From Dendrobates tinctorius (lineage: Eukaryota): 64,000 nt of DNA. Both the position numbers and the translations under genes were made by a program. This document shows, piece by piece, positions 51,989 to 64,000 of this stretch (position 1 is its first letter; every line of letters begins with the position of its first letter). The stretch covers positions 53,134,001 through 53,198,000 of the forward strand of contig NW_027361688.1 in the NCBI RefSeq assembly GCF_039654945.1. Direction: 5' to 3'. Under the pieces are notes generated by a model. It did not search any database and had not been told where the DNA came from. It was given only the letters and a program-made list of their open reading frames with translations.

Positions 51989-53209
51989 AAATGATAACTA
52001 CACTATTAAATAAATACATTAAAATACACTGTTATAGTAGACTAAAATCTGGAAAGAGAGCTGTCATTGCTTTATATTGCATTTATTCAATGCATTTAAT
52101 TGATAGTTAAACAAGTTTTAAAACAGTGCAAGTTAAATTATTGAAGTTTCTAAATTTTTACGTTCAATGAAGTGATTGCTAATTTGCTATATATACACAT
52201 ACACACAAATATACATACATGCACATATACAAACACATATACACACACATACACACATATTGTACATACTCATAATCATACAGACATACACACATGCCCA
52301 TATCATATAGTTTTTTAAGTAATGAGTGTCATCTAGATGTTTTTCTACATTCGCACCATTTTACAAGTTATTTTAACAACCTTATGAATTACTGGCCTTC
52401 ATGTGATGGTCTCTTGCTTTAAAGAAGAATACATACCGTATATCATTTGTTAGTGCAAAATATGTGATGCCCATGTTTATGAACAGATTCAGTAAGTAAA
52501 TTATTCCATCTGATGTGTAGTAAGAGTGTCACACAGATTCTCCCTTTTTTGATTTGTGAAAGTCAGTTAATTTGTAGAAGGCCATACATGGCGGTCAGGA
52601 ACACCTGAGTCATGCATCTAGAGATGGTGTAGAGGAGGATACTAGAAGTAGACTATCTCTTGTCTTGCTTATAACATGAAAGTTTTAAAAACATAGACAC
52701 TAAAAATATGAAGGCATTAAACACCTTCTACAGAAATATCATCAAATGAATGTAATAATAAAAGAAGTTATCTGGTGATTTTTACCTGCAACAAGATCAC
52801 TAAGTTTCCATAGCTGATAATAGACTTTAGAGAGGTTGTACCATGTAGACAAACTCTTTTGCTACTGAGGATCTGCTGTCTGATAGCTGACCATCAGTTT
52901 AAACCCTTAAACATCAATTGATATAACTGACGATAGCTGTAGACGACTATCCTCATGGTGACCATTCCGAGGAGTTCTCCATACCAGCAATTATGTTTAC
53001 TCCCACTATGACATCCATATGCCTTATCTATGCTTATGGACATTGGTTTTATTTTTTGGGTCACACCTTTTAAAATTTTTCTGGTAATTTTGTTTTAATT
53101 GCTAAAACGTGCCCATGTAAACCCAAGTTCTTATAAGGTTTTCAAAAGCAATAAACCCTTTTGAAGTTGGGTTTCCCTAAATACAAGTTAATCAATAATG
53201 GTCCTACTA

Positions 53210-54139
53210 TCTATAATAATAAATGCCCTAAGCAGCTTCCGGTTGTAACAGCTTCCGTCCAGTTGTAACTGGTGACGTCACCGCACACCTCTTTCCATGT
53301 TAACTCTCAACACACGACTCCTCCTCAACACACACACTCCTCTCACCTTTCACCATCTCCACTCAGGTCCACTCACTCTTTCATTCCACATACGACCCTT
53401 TCTCTCACTCCGTCTCTCATACTCACACCGTCATCGCCGCTGATCCACGATCCCCGACATCTTCTTCCGCCGGAGCCATCCTGGATCCAGACATCCTCCA
53501 TGCCGGCGACATGTTCTTGCAGCGACGCCATCTTGAGTATCATGAAATCCCGCGATACTCAAGATGGCGTCACCGCAAGAACATATCGCCGGCGTGGAGG
53601 ACGTCGGGATCCAAAATGGCGTCGGCGAAATCTCGCGAGATTTCGCCGACGCCATTTTGGATCCTGACGGCATCCACGCCGGCGACATGTTCCTGCGGCG
53701 ACGCTATTTTGGATCGGCGAAATCCCGCGATACTCAAGATGGTGTCGCCGCAAGAACATGTCGCCGGCGAGGACGACGTCGGGATCCAAAATGGCGTCGG
53801 CAAAAACTCGCCAACATGTTCTTGCGGCGATGCCATCTTGAGTATTGCGGAATTTCACGATACTCAAGATGGCGTCGCCGCAAGAACATGTCGCCTGCGT
53901 GGACAACGTCTGGATCCAGGATGGCGCCGGCGGAAGATGTCGGAGATCGTGGAGCAGCGGCGATGACGGCGTGAGTATGAGACGGAGTGAGAGAAGGGGT
54001 CGTATGTGGAGTGAAAGAGTGAGTGGACGTGAGTGGAGATGGTGAAAGGTGAGAGGAGTGTGTGTGTTGAGGGTTAACATGGCAAGAGGTGTGATGCTAT
54101 CGCATCCTCCCGATGCGATAGCATCGGGCCATAATCTAG
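53210..54139 (+). mobile_element. Non-autonomous Helitron-type element carrying an ~800-bp GC-rich palindrome
   Basis: A|TCTATAATAAT start; 3' hairpin CCGATGCGATAGCATCGG then CTAG|T; arms ~53290-53635 and ~53636-54090 are inverted. Confidence 0.65.
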
Positions 54140-54900
54140 TTTGTAATAATCATGCATTAGGTTGAAAGGGCATTTTAAGTATTTACTAGGAATAGCATAT
54201 GTGGGTTATGTTTGAACATATGGATATATGCATCAATATGTGTCAGCCTTGTGTTTATGCATTAATGTGCAGTTATGTCATAAATCCCTTATTTTTTATA
54301 GTTTAATTAAATATATAAATGATGTGCATATAAATAGCAGTTACCAACATCTAATGCACCCCGGTGAGGTTGATGTCTCAACTTCTAAAATTGTCAAAAT
54401 TTCAAAGTGCTTGTAAAAAAAGCCACCTTAAAATTTACCCCTCATTAAAAATCACCTCCATTATCAACATCGGAACCATTTTTAAATCTCTTGTCTTTGC
54501 CTTGTTGTCTAGGTTACCGGCCACCTCTGCAGTCTATCTGAGCTGTCCAATTTCCTAGGCATGGCTGGCGCAAGATCTTTGCTGTATAGATTGCAAGCTC
54601 TGCTCTGAAACTGACCATATCACTTGATCATGACGGTTTTGGAGGCACGGAACTTCTCCTATGCTACAAAGTCAAAGCTGCCTCTGCTATCAGCATCTGA
54701 GAAAGCACAGATCGGACCAGTCGTCCAGCCATGTCAGCCATACATGGAGCACACTGGTCTCCTCAAACAGGGAACTGAGAGGCTGGGGAGCGGTGCGCTG
54801 CTGAAGATGGAAGAAGAGAATATCTTTGTACTAGCGTAGCGCACTTTGTCACTTTACATTGTTTAAGTAGTAAAGCTGTTTTTAACCACTTTGAACAACA

Positions 54901-55100
54901 AATTTTATGCCGAGCGTCTCATATTTTTTCCTAATACTTCAAAGCCGTATTGCTATTCAAATTTCACATATTCCACATTGACATGCTTTAGCATGATAGA
55001 GTGCACCACTTCTTTTGTATATTGTATATGGGGGTAGCTCCTATTGGTATGCACCTATTCACACTAGTCTGGGTGCGCCAGTCAGTTTTTTTGTCTTTTG
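54901..55100. mobile_element. Short truncated retro-insertion, family uncertain
   Basis: 14-bp direct repeat CACTTTGAACAACA at 54887-54900 and 55101-55114. Confidence 0.45.
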
Positions 55101-55484
55101 CACTTTGAACAACAGATGCACAACACAATAGTATTTGCTCACTATGGAACTATTGTTGCGCCCTGCAGCCAATAAGTTAGCAGCTGCTCCATATGTATAT
55201 GGCTATAAAGGGCAGAACAACAGTCAAGGACTGCTATAAAGCTATGTCAGGAACAGGATGCATATTAATGAAGATATTATACCTATCAAAAAGCATTGCT
55301 TAATCCTTATAGCATCTACAATTTGTTTTCTTGTGATAGAATTCGACAGAAAAAAATCATCTTTTGTTCTTATGTGAAATCAGAAGCATTTACAGGTACA
55401 AATGCATAATTTTTGCTCTATGCACGACGCCTTACTTGCTTTTATGCTAAATTAACTATACAGATACTGGTTGTTGTCATATAA

Positions 55485-55844
55485 GGGTCCCGTCACACAC
55501 AGCGATCTCGTCAGCGAGATCACTGTGTGTGACGGGGATCAGCGACCGGCCCCCCTGCCGGTTATCACTGATTGTGCTCGAGCAGCCTGGGCCATTTTTC
55601 GATCGCTGGTCTCCTGCTGCCTAGCGCGCATCGCTGCGTGTGACAGCGAGACCAGCGATCAGCGATCACGGCTCCTGGATACCCGACGTTTACATTAGAA
55701 ACCAGCGTCTAGCGTCGCTGGTCCTGATTGCTGGGGCTGTCTATGTGACAGCTCACCAGCGATCAGCCTAATGATGTCCCAGCGATCCCATCATGTCAGA
55801 TCGTTGGTGGGATTGCTGGGACATCGTTATGTGTAACAGGGGCT
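55485..55844. mobile_element. PIF/Harbinger-type MITE
   Basis: TAA flanks; imperfect TIRs GGGTCCCGTCACACACAGCGA...TCGTTATGTGTAACAGGGGCT; internal CAGCGA repeats. Confidence 0.6.
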
Positions 55845-56582
55845 TAAGACCTGATCATTGATAAAATTACAAAATGATCTCCAGGATATCTATACGCAAT
55901 GTAAACATTTCTTATTTTCTGCCCATATTTCTAATCTGAAACGTTATGGATAACTTTATGAACACTAAAAACAGTATGGATATGTGAACCTCATCAAACA
56001 TCCTTAAAACTTACATCTCCAAGGTTGACTGATCAATGCAAACATTTAACTCATTACACAAGTTGTTTGGTAATTTAAAAAAATAAATACTAGGTCAGAA
56101 ATATTTGATAGAAGCTACTAATAATATAAAGAAAAGAAGATTTAATGATCACTATTCATCTAATCTGGATATTGACAATATGTAAAAGCATCAATGACCA
56201 AGAGGATAAAAATTAAAATATACAGAAATACATGAGTTAAAAACTAGCTTTCAATAGCCAGTAAGTATTGATTACAGTGTCAGAAACACACCAAATAATC
56301 CAAATAAAACCAAAAACAAAAGGAGGTGAAAAAAAGTCTCACAAAAAAACTTTATTAATATAAAAAAAATAGTAAAAAAAATGTTGACGCTCCTTGATGA
56401 AGCTGAGTGAAAGACACTTTGTGGCCCTCGGCTGTACCACAACCAGGCTCCACTTTAGTAGCACTTTCAACAATTATGTTTGGCCTATTTTCTTTCCACT
56501 GGAACTTAGATTTTAGGCATGTGTGCAGTATCATAGTTGTACAGTGCAAAATGGAATTGTGTCTGTAGCCCTCCATTAAGTT

Positions 56583-57051
56583 ACACCTAAATAAAATGGG
56601 AATGGTTGGTGATATCAACTCCCTGTTTGTGGCAAATTAGTATATGGGAGGGGGAAAACTTTTCAAGATAGGTGATGACCATGGCGGCCATTTTGAAGTC
56701 GGCCATTTTGGATCTAACTTTATTTTTTTCACTGGGAAGAGGGTCATGTTACACATCAAACTTATTGAGAATATCAAAGAAAAACAATGGTGTGCTTGGC
56801 TTTAATGTTTTATGTTAAAACCAAGCACACCATTGTTTTTCTTGTGAAATTCAAATAAGTTTGATGTGTTACATGACCCCTTTCCCATTGGAAAAAATAA
56901 AGATAGATCCAAAATGGCCAACTTCAAAATGCCCGCCATGTTCACCACTCATCTTGAAAAGTTTCCCCCTCCCATATACTAATGTGCCACAAACAGGAAG
57001 TTGATATCACCAAACATTCCCACTTTATTAATATAAATGGCCCACCCTGTA
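56583..57051. mobile_element. Palindromic Tc1/mariner-type MITE (left TIR eroded)
   Basis: Long inverted repeat centred near 56810; right end ATATAAATGGCCCACCCTG-TA. Confidence 0.6.
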
Positions 57052-57184
57052 TGTATGTATGTATATACTATATATTTTCTTTATATTAATAACGCATTTT
57101 TTGCAGTATTAAATGAGGTTAGAAAAAATTATCTTAATAGTATCATATGATTTGTCCATAAGATACTCATCACATCGATCTCAC

Positions 57185-59617
57185 CTGATCAGGTTCATTA
57201 CACCAGCTGCCATCAGCAATACGTTCTGGCTCCCTGATTATATCTGTGAACTGAGTCTTAGATAAAGTAGAATGTGGGATGTCTGTTACAGCAGGGAAAC
57301 AAGCCGGGTAACAAGACCCCAGAGCCTCTGGTGGAGCCATCCGCACCTCCATGTACTTCAGGGTCCCATCTGTGTTTAGGTAAAGGGTTGGTTTGTACTG
57401 ATCCATATAGGATGTAGAACGGAATTTGTCAGTGAAGCAGAATCCACACCGAGAATCATAATTCTTTCGAAGGCAGCGGACAAGTAATATAGAAAATGTG
57501 ACCAGAAAAACTGCACTGATGGCCACAAGGGAGACAATAAGATACAGAGTCAGGTCTGGAGCAGATTTGGCATTTGTAAGAAAGTCTTGAGATTTAGGAT
57601 TTTCCTGAGCAACAGTGTCTAATATATTCACAATGATGGTGGCTGTAGTGGTCATAGAGGGTTCTCCATGGTCACTGACGGCAATCACAAGTCGCTGTTC
57701 TGTGTTATCCATCTCATGTAAACCTCGGAGAGTCCTGACCTCTCCTGTGTATTCAGAGATGTGGAATAAAGCAGGACTGGCAGACTGAACAAGACTATAG
57801 AGGAGCCAGGCATTGTGCCCAGAATCCACATCCACGGCAGACACCTTACTGACTAAATACCCAGCGGCTGCAGATCTCGGGATGGTCTCCTGAGCAATGG
57901 TCTCCAATGTGATCTCTGGGTATAAGATAGCAGGAGGGTTGTCATTTGTATCCAGAATAAATATGAAGACGGAAACATTGGAGGATAATTTTGGAGATCC
58001 AGAATCTTCCACTCTCGCTGTGATCTGCAGAACCTGGAATTGTTCATAGTCAAAAGACCTTTGTGCATAAATATTCCCGGTGTCGGAGTTAATGTAGACG
58101 AATGAAGAGACGGGAGAACCATGGATGTGGCTCTCAGTGATGGAGTAAATGAGGTTTGCATTAGCTCCCTCATCCGGATCTACAGCAGATACCGTACATA
58201 ACAGTCTGCCGGCCTCATTGTTTTCTGGTGTGAAGGCATTGTACACATTGTGCAGAAATGCTGGAGGATTATCATTAACATCAGAGATATTAAGGCTGAT
58301 TGTAATCTGGCTGCTGAGAGACGGAGACCCCAGATCTGATGCCGTCAGTATAACGGTATATTGTGAGCGCTTCTCCCTGTCCAGATGTCCACTAGTGACC
58401 AGAGCGTAACGCTGTGACATGGGCTGGCATAGAAACGGTAAATCTGGTGATACAATCAATTGTACTTCACCATTTTTACCAGAATCCTTATCTCTGACTG
58501 TGATGAATCCAACCACAGTTCCTATGGGGGCATTCTCAGGAACTGCATTATGTTTAAATATAAATGTAATTTCTGGACTGTTATCATTGACATCTTCTAT
58601 TTCCACTTGAACAATACAATGTCCTTCTTGTTTAGGTGACCCTTTATCCACAGCTATGACAAACAGTTCAAAGAATTTTACAGCTTCATAATCCAGAATT
58701 CCTTTATTAAATATTTCCCCTGTGGTAGGATTTAATTCAAATATTTTCTCTGCAGCTTCTAAAGTTCGATGATCAAATGAAAAGATAAATTCACTGTTTA
58801 CACCTTCATCCAGATCACTAGCATTGAGCTTTAACACTTTTGTTTTTAAAGGTATATTTTCTCGAACACTAACCTTATATAAAGGCTGATCAAACAATGG
58901 GGAATTGTCATTGATATCTAATATAAGGACAGTAATCTGAGTGGATCCGGATCTGGCTGGTTCTCCTCCATCAATAGCGGTGAGAAGAAGCTTGTGCTCA
59001 GCTATCTCTTCTCTGTCTAGAATTTTTTCCAGCACTAATTCAGCAATGAGCGATCCATCATTGCGCTTTTTGGTGAACAATGAAAAATATGGATTTGATT
59101 TAATTGTATACTGACTGACACTATTAATCCCTACGTCTAAATCCTGTGCATTCTCTAAAGGAAAGTGTTTACCAGGACTTGTTAGTAACTCTGTCACCTT
59201 TATAATTTGATCACCACTTGGAAATATTGGAGAATTATCATTAATATCCAGAACGTCTATCTCCAGACTGTGCAGCTCCAGAGGATCCTCAGCCACAGCC
59301 TCTAAATGCAGCACACAGCTCAGGCTGGATCCACACAGGCTCTCCCTATCAATCCTCTCATCTACCACCAGAGCTCCATTCTTCTGCTCTATAGAGAATA
59401 ATCTGCTGTTTCCTTCTGATCCCAAACTCAGTCTCCTTCTCCTGATATCAGCCAGATTCACCCCCAGATCCTGAGCCACGTTCCCCACCACAGTCCCCGG
59501 ATGAGACTCCTCAGCCACAGAATAACGCAGCTGCCCAGAGACCCAGCCCCAGCTACAAAGGAGAAGGGAGAAAGCTACTTGCCATTTCCAAGCCTTCACA
59601 AAGCTATGATTGTCCAT
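57185..59617 (-). CDS. PCDHGC5-like: Protocadherin gamma C5-like variable exon #7
   Basis: ORF 57170..59617; donor CAG|GTGAGA at 57185/57184. Confidence 0.93.
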
Positions 59618-59891
59618 ATCTTAAATCCTTCTTCTAAAATGTGTAGAGAATAATCATCATCCCATCAATCCAAGTGTGTGAGCAGCAAAAATATAAATCC
59701 TAGGAACGGGAAAATCCTGGTTTTCCTGCATTGAAATCATCCGCAGGGCTCTCATCGGAGCAGCAGCTCTTCTTTGTGTGAGAGACGATGGGAGGGTGAA
59801 TCACTGAGCCAGGGGGAGGAGAGCGCAGGGCTGATATGAGGAGATCTCCTAACAATGAATCAGAATGACATGTCTGCCCTCTACTGGACAA
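59618..59891 (-). promoter_or_regulatory. Promoter/5'UTR of exon #7; CTCF-like motif 59874-59887
   Basis: Shared block; CCAGTAGAGGGCAG. Confidence 0.72.
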
Positions 59892-60899
59892 TTATATTTA
59901 TTACAGCTGTGATTTTTAAAAAAAATATTTTGTGCACATTGCATTTAAATCCATGTATATAGAAATAGCAGTTTTTCAATTACCTAATGTTTTCACATTT
60001 TTGCTTTTTTGATATTAGTAACTTGTTTTGATAATTAAAAAAAACTAAACCTCCTAATTATATTCCTCTAAATATGACGCTGACAAAGCAGATGAACTAT
60101 TGACAGATAAAATGGAAACTATAGTATTTCTGATTGCAATCAATCTTCTCTTCATTAAATCATTAATGTTAAATACACTACTAAATATAAAATTCTGTTA
60201 TAAAGTTCTAGCTTCCTACAGAAAGCTATGGGCCCGATAAAAAAAGGTGAACATTCACAGGTCCTTCATTCGTAATCAAAAATAACTATTTTTTTTCTAA
60301 TGATGGTGACACCACAGGATAGTAAGTATTGCAATATTAAGGTTTGCCTGTTGCGTGAAGTACATGTAATATCTTACTCTGCAATGTGTTATTAATGTAT
60401 TTTCATTGCATTTATTCTATGAGTGCAGTAGTTTTCCTACAATTTAGGGTACATGCACACGATGTCCTATAGACTCCGGCACACCCGCTGAGCTTTTGAA
60501 GCAGAAGACTCTTCAGGAAAGCGCCGTCAATGTTCTTTGCCACCTTTCTCGTAAATTTTGCTGCCTCTTCATTACCAGCATCTTTTTTTTAAAACTGTGT
60601 ATATAAACTAGTGAGTGGAAAAGCCGCCTGAAGAATCGTCAGGTCACTTCTTTTAGCCATATCACAGATTTTGATATGTTAAGTGGTTTAAAGAAGCTCA
60701 AAAATTCTGACCATATGTATAGCATGTTAGGGTTTTTTCACTGTGCTTTTGTTGAATTTTTCAAAAAATAAAGTTACCGAATGATAATAAAAGAAAATAC
60801 TCAAAATATTAGTGCACAATACAGCATAGTTTAACTTAGTAATCTATCGGCAACAGTAAGTGGACTCATCACTGAAGAGTTCACATCTTATATTTACAT

Positions 60900-61960
60900 T
60901 TATACGTGAAGAATGAAAAGAAAAGACTGGACAATGAAACAGAAGAAGGGGAAAGGATGGAATTAAAGAGCAATTCTAATTCAATGTCTATAACAAAAAT
61001 TACTTTTCATTAAAATGTTCAGTAACAGTCCCTTTGTGCCCAGCACGTGTCCCAAGGAATAAAGACCGTTTCAAAGCACTCAATCGTCCGATTCGAAAGA
61101 GCTGTGAGGTATTCCATGATTCGCACATCTTGCATTCGTGTCTATAACTCATTATTTTATGGGAGTTAGATCAGCTCCCACTTAAAGGGAATCTGTCAGC
61201 GGGTTTTTGCTATGTAATTTGAAGACAGCATGCTGTAGGGGTCAAAATACAGATTTCAGAAATGCCTCTCTAATCAAGCTCCGATGTTTTGTTTGCTTAC
61301 AATGACTGTTTTGGCATCAGTAGCTTATCATTGCTGTGACTAGCTTATCACTTGAGCTTTGGTCCAACACATCCTCTCCTGTGATAAGCAGCTCACTGTC
61401 TATGGATGGAGCCTGGTGTGGGCGGGGTAAGCTTTTCAGCTCTGCTTCATTGCCAAATCTAAAAGTTCTGATTGTGTGAGAATGGCTGCACCCAGGAAAC
61501 TAAGTAATACATCATTCGATTCAGCTTCCCTTTGCCTACATTATGATGCTCTCAGATGAGGCAGCAAAAACCTGCTGACAGATTCCCTTTAAATGCTATC
61601 AAACATCTAGCAGCAGTGATCATGTGTGGTAAAAGTTGCTGGATGCTACAGTTAATCTGAAATGGTGGGTTGCTGAGTAAATTAAATTTAGGATTAAAGG
61701 GGACCTGGAGGCCAACGACCTTAAAAATAAAAGCCTTAACAAATTCCCAAAAGGCTTGGATACCAGACAGGAAAAGAATCAATGAGGTAAATCCCCCTCA
61801 ATGTTACCATATATACATCGGCAGTTGGGAATATTAGGATTAAATTTATGTAATATAGAAAGCTAATGATACCAAAACATAAGTAGCTTTTATAGATTTT
61901 CCCTATAGGCAAAGCATGTGGACGTCTTATCCATGCTCCTTCTTATTCCTTGCCAAGTGC
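60900..61960 (-). mobile_element. Decayed L1/Tx1 ORF2 3' fragment split by a MITE
   Basis: HMITAARCLIAF(K)W-type C-terminal remnant interrupted at a TTAA. Confidence 0.45.
61186..61588. mobile_element. T2/Kolobok-type MITE
   Basis: TTAA TSD (61182-61185, 61589-61592); TIR AGGGAATCTGTCAGC...GCTGACAGATTCCCT. Confidence 0.85.
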
Positions 61961-61973
61961 TGGGTGAAAGGGA

Positions 61974-64000
61974 TGTAGAGTCGGTGGTGGGCCGGACTAG
62001 GGGGGTGATCCCTCGTTATGCCGCGCAGAGATGACACAGAGACAAGTTGGAGGCAGATTCTGGGTGCAACAAGTCCAAGTTTATTTCCTTACTTGCCGTT
62101 CACCTGACGGCCTCCGCAACACACCGCACTTCTCTTCACTTGTCGGCTCTTCGATTTCAGAGCCGTTTTCACACTGCCACCAGGGACGTATTTGTACGTA
62201 CCGTCCCTCCTTCAGTGTTTGACGTTCCTGACAGGTCCGTGACTGTGGCCGCCCTAGGCCCATAAACCAACAGCGCTTCCACTGGTCAGTCGTCGTGTTA
62301 AATACGGTATCCTGCACCCACTGCCACGTCTCTTCTGAGGTACCTTCCTGTTTGGACCACCCCCCTGACGTTCTCTCTCCTCAGTCCCCCTGGTCGGATT
62401 CTCCTCAGAGCGCACAGACTGTCGCAGTCTTCCTGTCACCTGAGCTCCCACCGGGGACTGGAATCTTCTGGAACCCTCCCTCAGAATTTATAGCTGACCC
62501 GGTTCCTTGAAACTGTCACTCCAACTGTCACCACGCCCCCCATGACCAACGGTTTCTAAAGCCCTAAGCTGCTGTCAAGTCCTTTGCTCACACTCCTCCC
62601 TGCCATCTAATGTCCACCCAAGGTACTGCACGTCCACTACACTTTCCTAGCTGTTTCCCCACTGTAATAACTGACACCTACCTACACTGTGCAAACCTTT
62701 CCTTCTTCACTCTGACTAGTCCGTCCGTCCGGTCACCTTCCCTACACTCCCCCCTTCCTTTGTCCATTGTCATCCTCGACAATCGTCATCCCTGCCTTCG
62801 TCGTTCTGAAGCTACACCTACATTCTGTTGTCGGACCAGCTGTTGAGCCAAACCCACTATCTGCGGGGGCCGAACCATCCTGGGAGCACTATGCTCTGAG
62901 CAGCCTACTGCTACTCACCAGCGCGCACGCCACATGACAACGTCTTTCAAATTGGGCAAGGTACACCCGTATTCTCTCTACGGCGTGTATCTTTCCCCTA
63001 CTCTCCCCTTCTGTTACCTTTCACTATTCGGTACGCCATGATCGAGGTCTCTTACCTTCCAGATCATTACCAGCACCCGCCATCCTCCTTCAGGGGTGTC
63101 CGTGGTGTTGGGGACCTGACCTAGGATGGCTGTCTCTCTCACGTCTTCCAACTCATTTACCCTTCTTTAAATTACATGTCATGGTCGGCGTCCCGGTCTC
63201 CCAGACCTCCTCAACTCTTAGATCCCTACCGGATCTCACACTTTCCTTTGGTCCCGCAGATCTTCCCTTACCCGGACCTGTTGCATTTTTACTTGTGCAT
63301 ATTGTACACCAAAACAACTTTACAATATCACAAGTACCCATTTTTATGATTTTTTTTTCATTTTCTCTTGCTTTTAAAACCAAAATATAACATAACATTG
63401 CATGTCTTCTTTCCTCCTCCCCCCTTCCTTGGACCTGGACACTCCTCCGCTTTCCGTATCCCCGTTCTGTCAGGTAAACATATTTTCGTATATAAAGAAC
63501 ATAGAAAGAAGAGAGAAAGAGAGAGAGAAAATAGTTGCATCAGTTAAACAACAACAAAACTTTTTTCTAAATGCAACTGTCCTTATAATCTGCACAACGG
63601 TGCATCGAACTCCTGACAGTCTATACCACTCTCAATGGACAGAGGTGAGGGCTCCACAGCCGTGGAGCCCCCGGGGATACTGAGGGTGTCCATTCAAGTC
63701 CTCTTCTTTTCCATGACGGCCTCTCCTTGAGTGTGGAGCAGGTTCCACACTTCCTGCTCCCGGGCCTTTTTCTTCCTGATCACCTCTGCTTCCCACATGG
63801 AGGGAACAGCACGAGCCCTGGAGTCCGGTGGGCGGGACTCCACTGAAAAAGACCGCAAGACAGAAACGGCCGAAGATTTCTGTGGCCCAGCAGCCGCTGG
63901 GGTCAGGTGGCAAATGGGGACAACCGGGTCCTCGGGGGCTGGAATCACAGGGCCCACTAAGTCGGTCGCAGCCGACTCCAGCAGCGGCATAACCGCGGCC
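61974..64000 (-). mobile_element. 3' end of a Gypsy-type LTR element (3' LTR 61974-62746, PPT ~62747-62761); continues beyond the window
   Basis: TGTAG...CTACA LTR ends; minus-strand PPT AAAGGAAGGGGGGAG abutting TGTAGGG; TATAAA and AATAAA on the minus strand inside the LTR. Confidence 0.65.

Noticed and set aside
53272-54080. Multiple overlapping 85-173 aa ORFs
   Set aside because: By-product of a GC-rich palindromic repeat; the same applies to 7159-7823 and 20147-20746.

Overview
Vertebrate genomic DNA, almost certainly anuran (frog), judging by the T2/Kolobok, piggyBac and Harbinger MITE landscape. The window covers part of the variable region of a clustered protocadherin-gamma locus. Seven intact ~2.4-kb variable first exons lie in tandem on the minus strand, numbered #1-#7 from left to right. 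Each encodes signal peptide, EC1-EC6, TM and variable cytoplasmic domain, most similar to mammalian PCDHGC5, and each ends in a phase-0 CAG|GTGAG donor. The constant exons lie outside the window, to the left. The paralogs form an almost invariant scaffold (proximal promoter, 5'UTR and EC1; distal EC4 to the juxtamembrane region) around a divergent, AT-rich EC2-EC3-proximal EC4 cassette and a divergent C-terminal tail. Each promoter carries a co-oriented CTCF-like motif. A ~9.3-9.6 kb tandem duplication appears to have created a chimeric gene #3 (upstream region of #2, body of #4). The spacers are filled with nested TEs: L1/Tx1, L2, CR1, V-SINE, solo LTRs, a Gypsy-type 3' end, Tc1, pogo-like, piggyBac-like, T2/Kolobok and Harbinger MITEs, two Helitron-type elements, and Penelope-like relics with hammerhead-like motifs. 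All alignments and counts were done by eye, so TE coordinates are approximate unless TIRs or TSDs are quoted.
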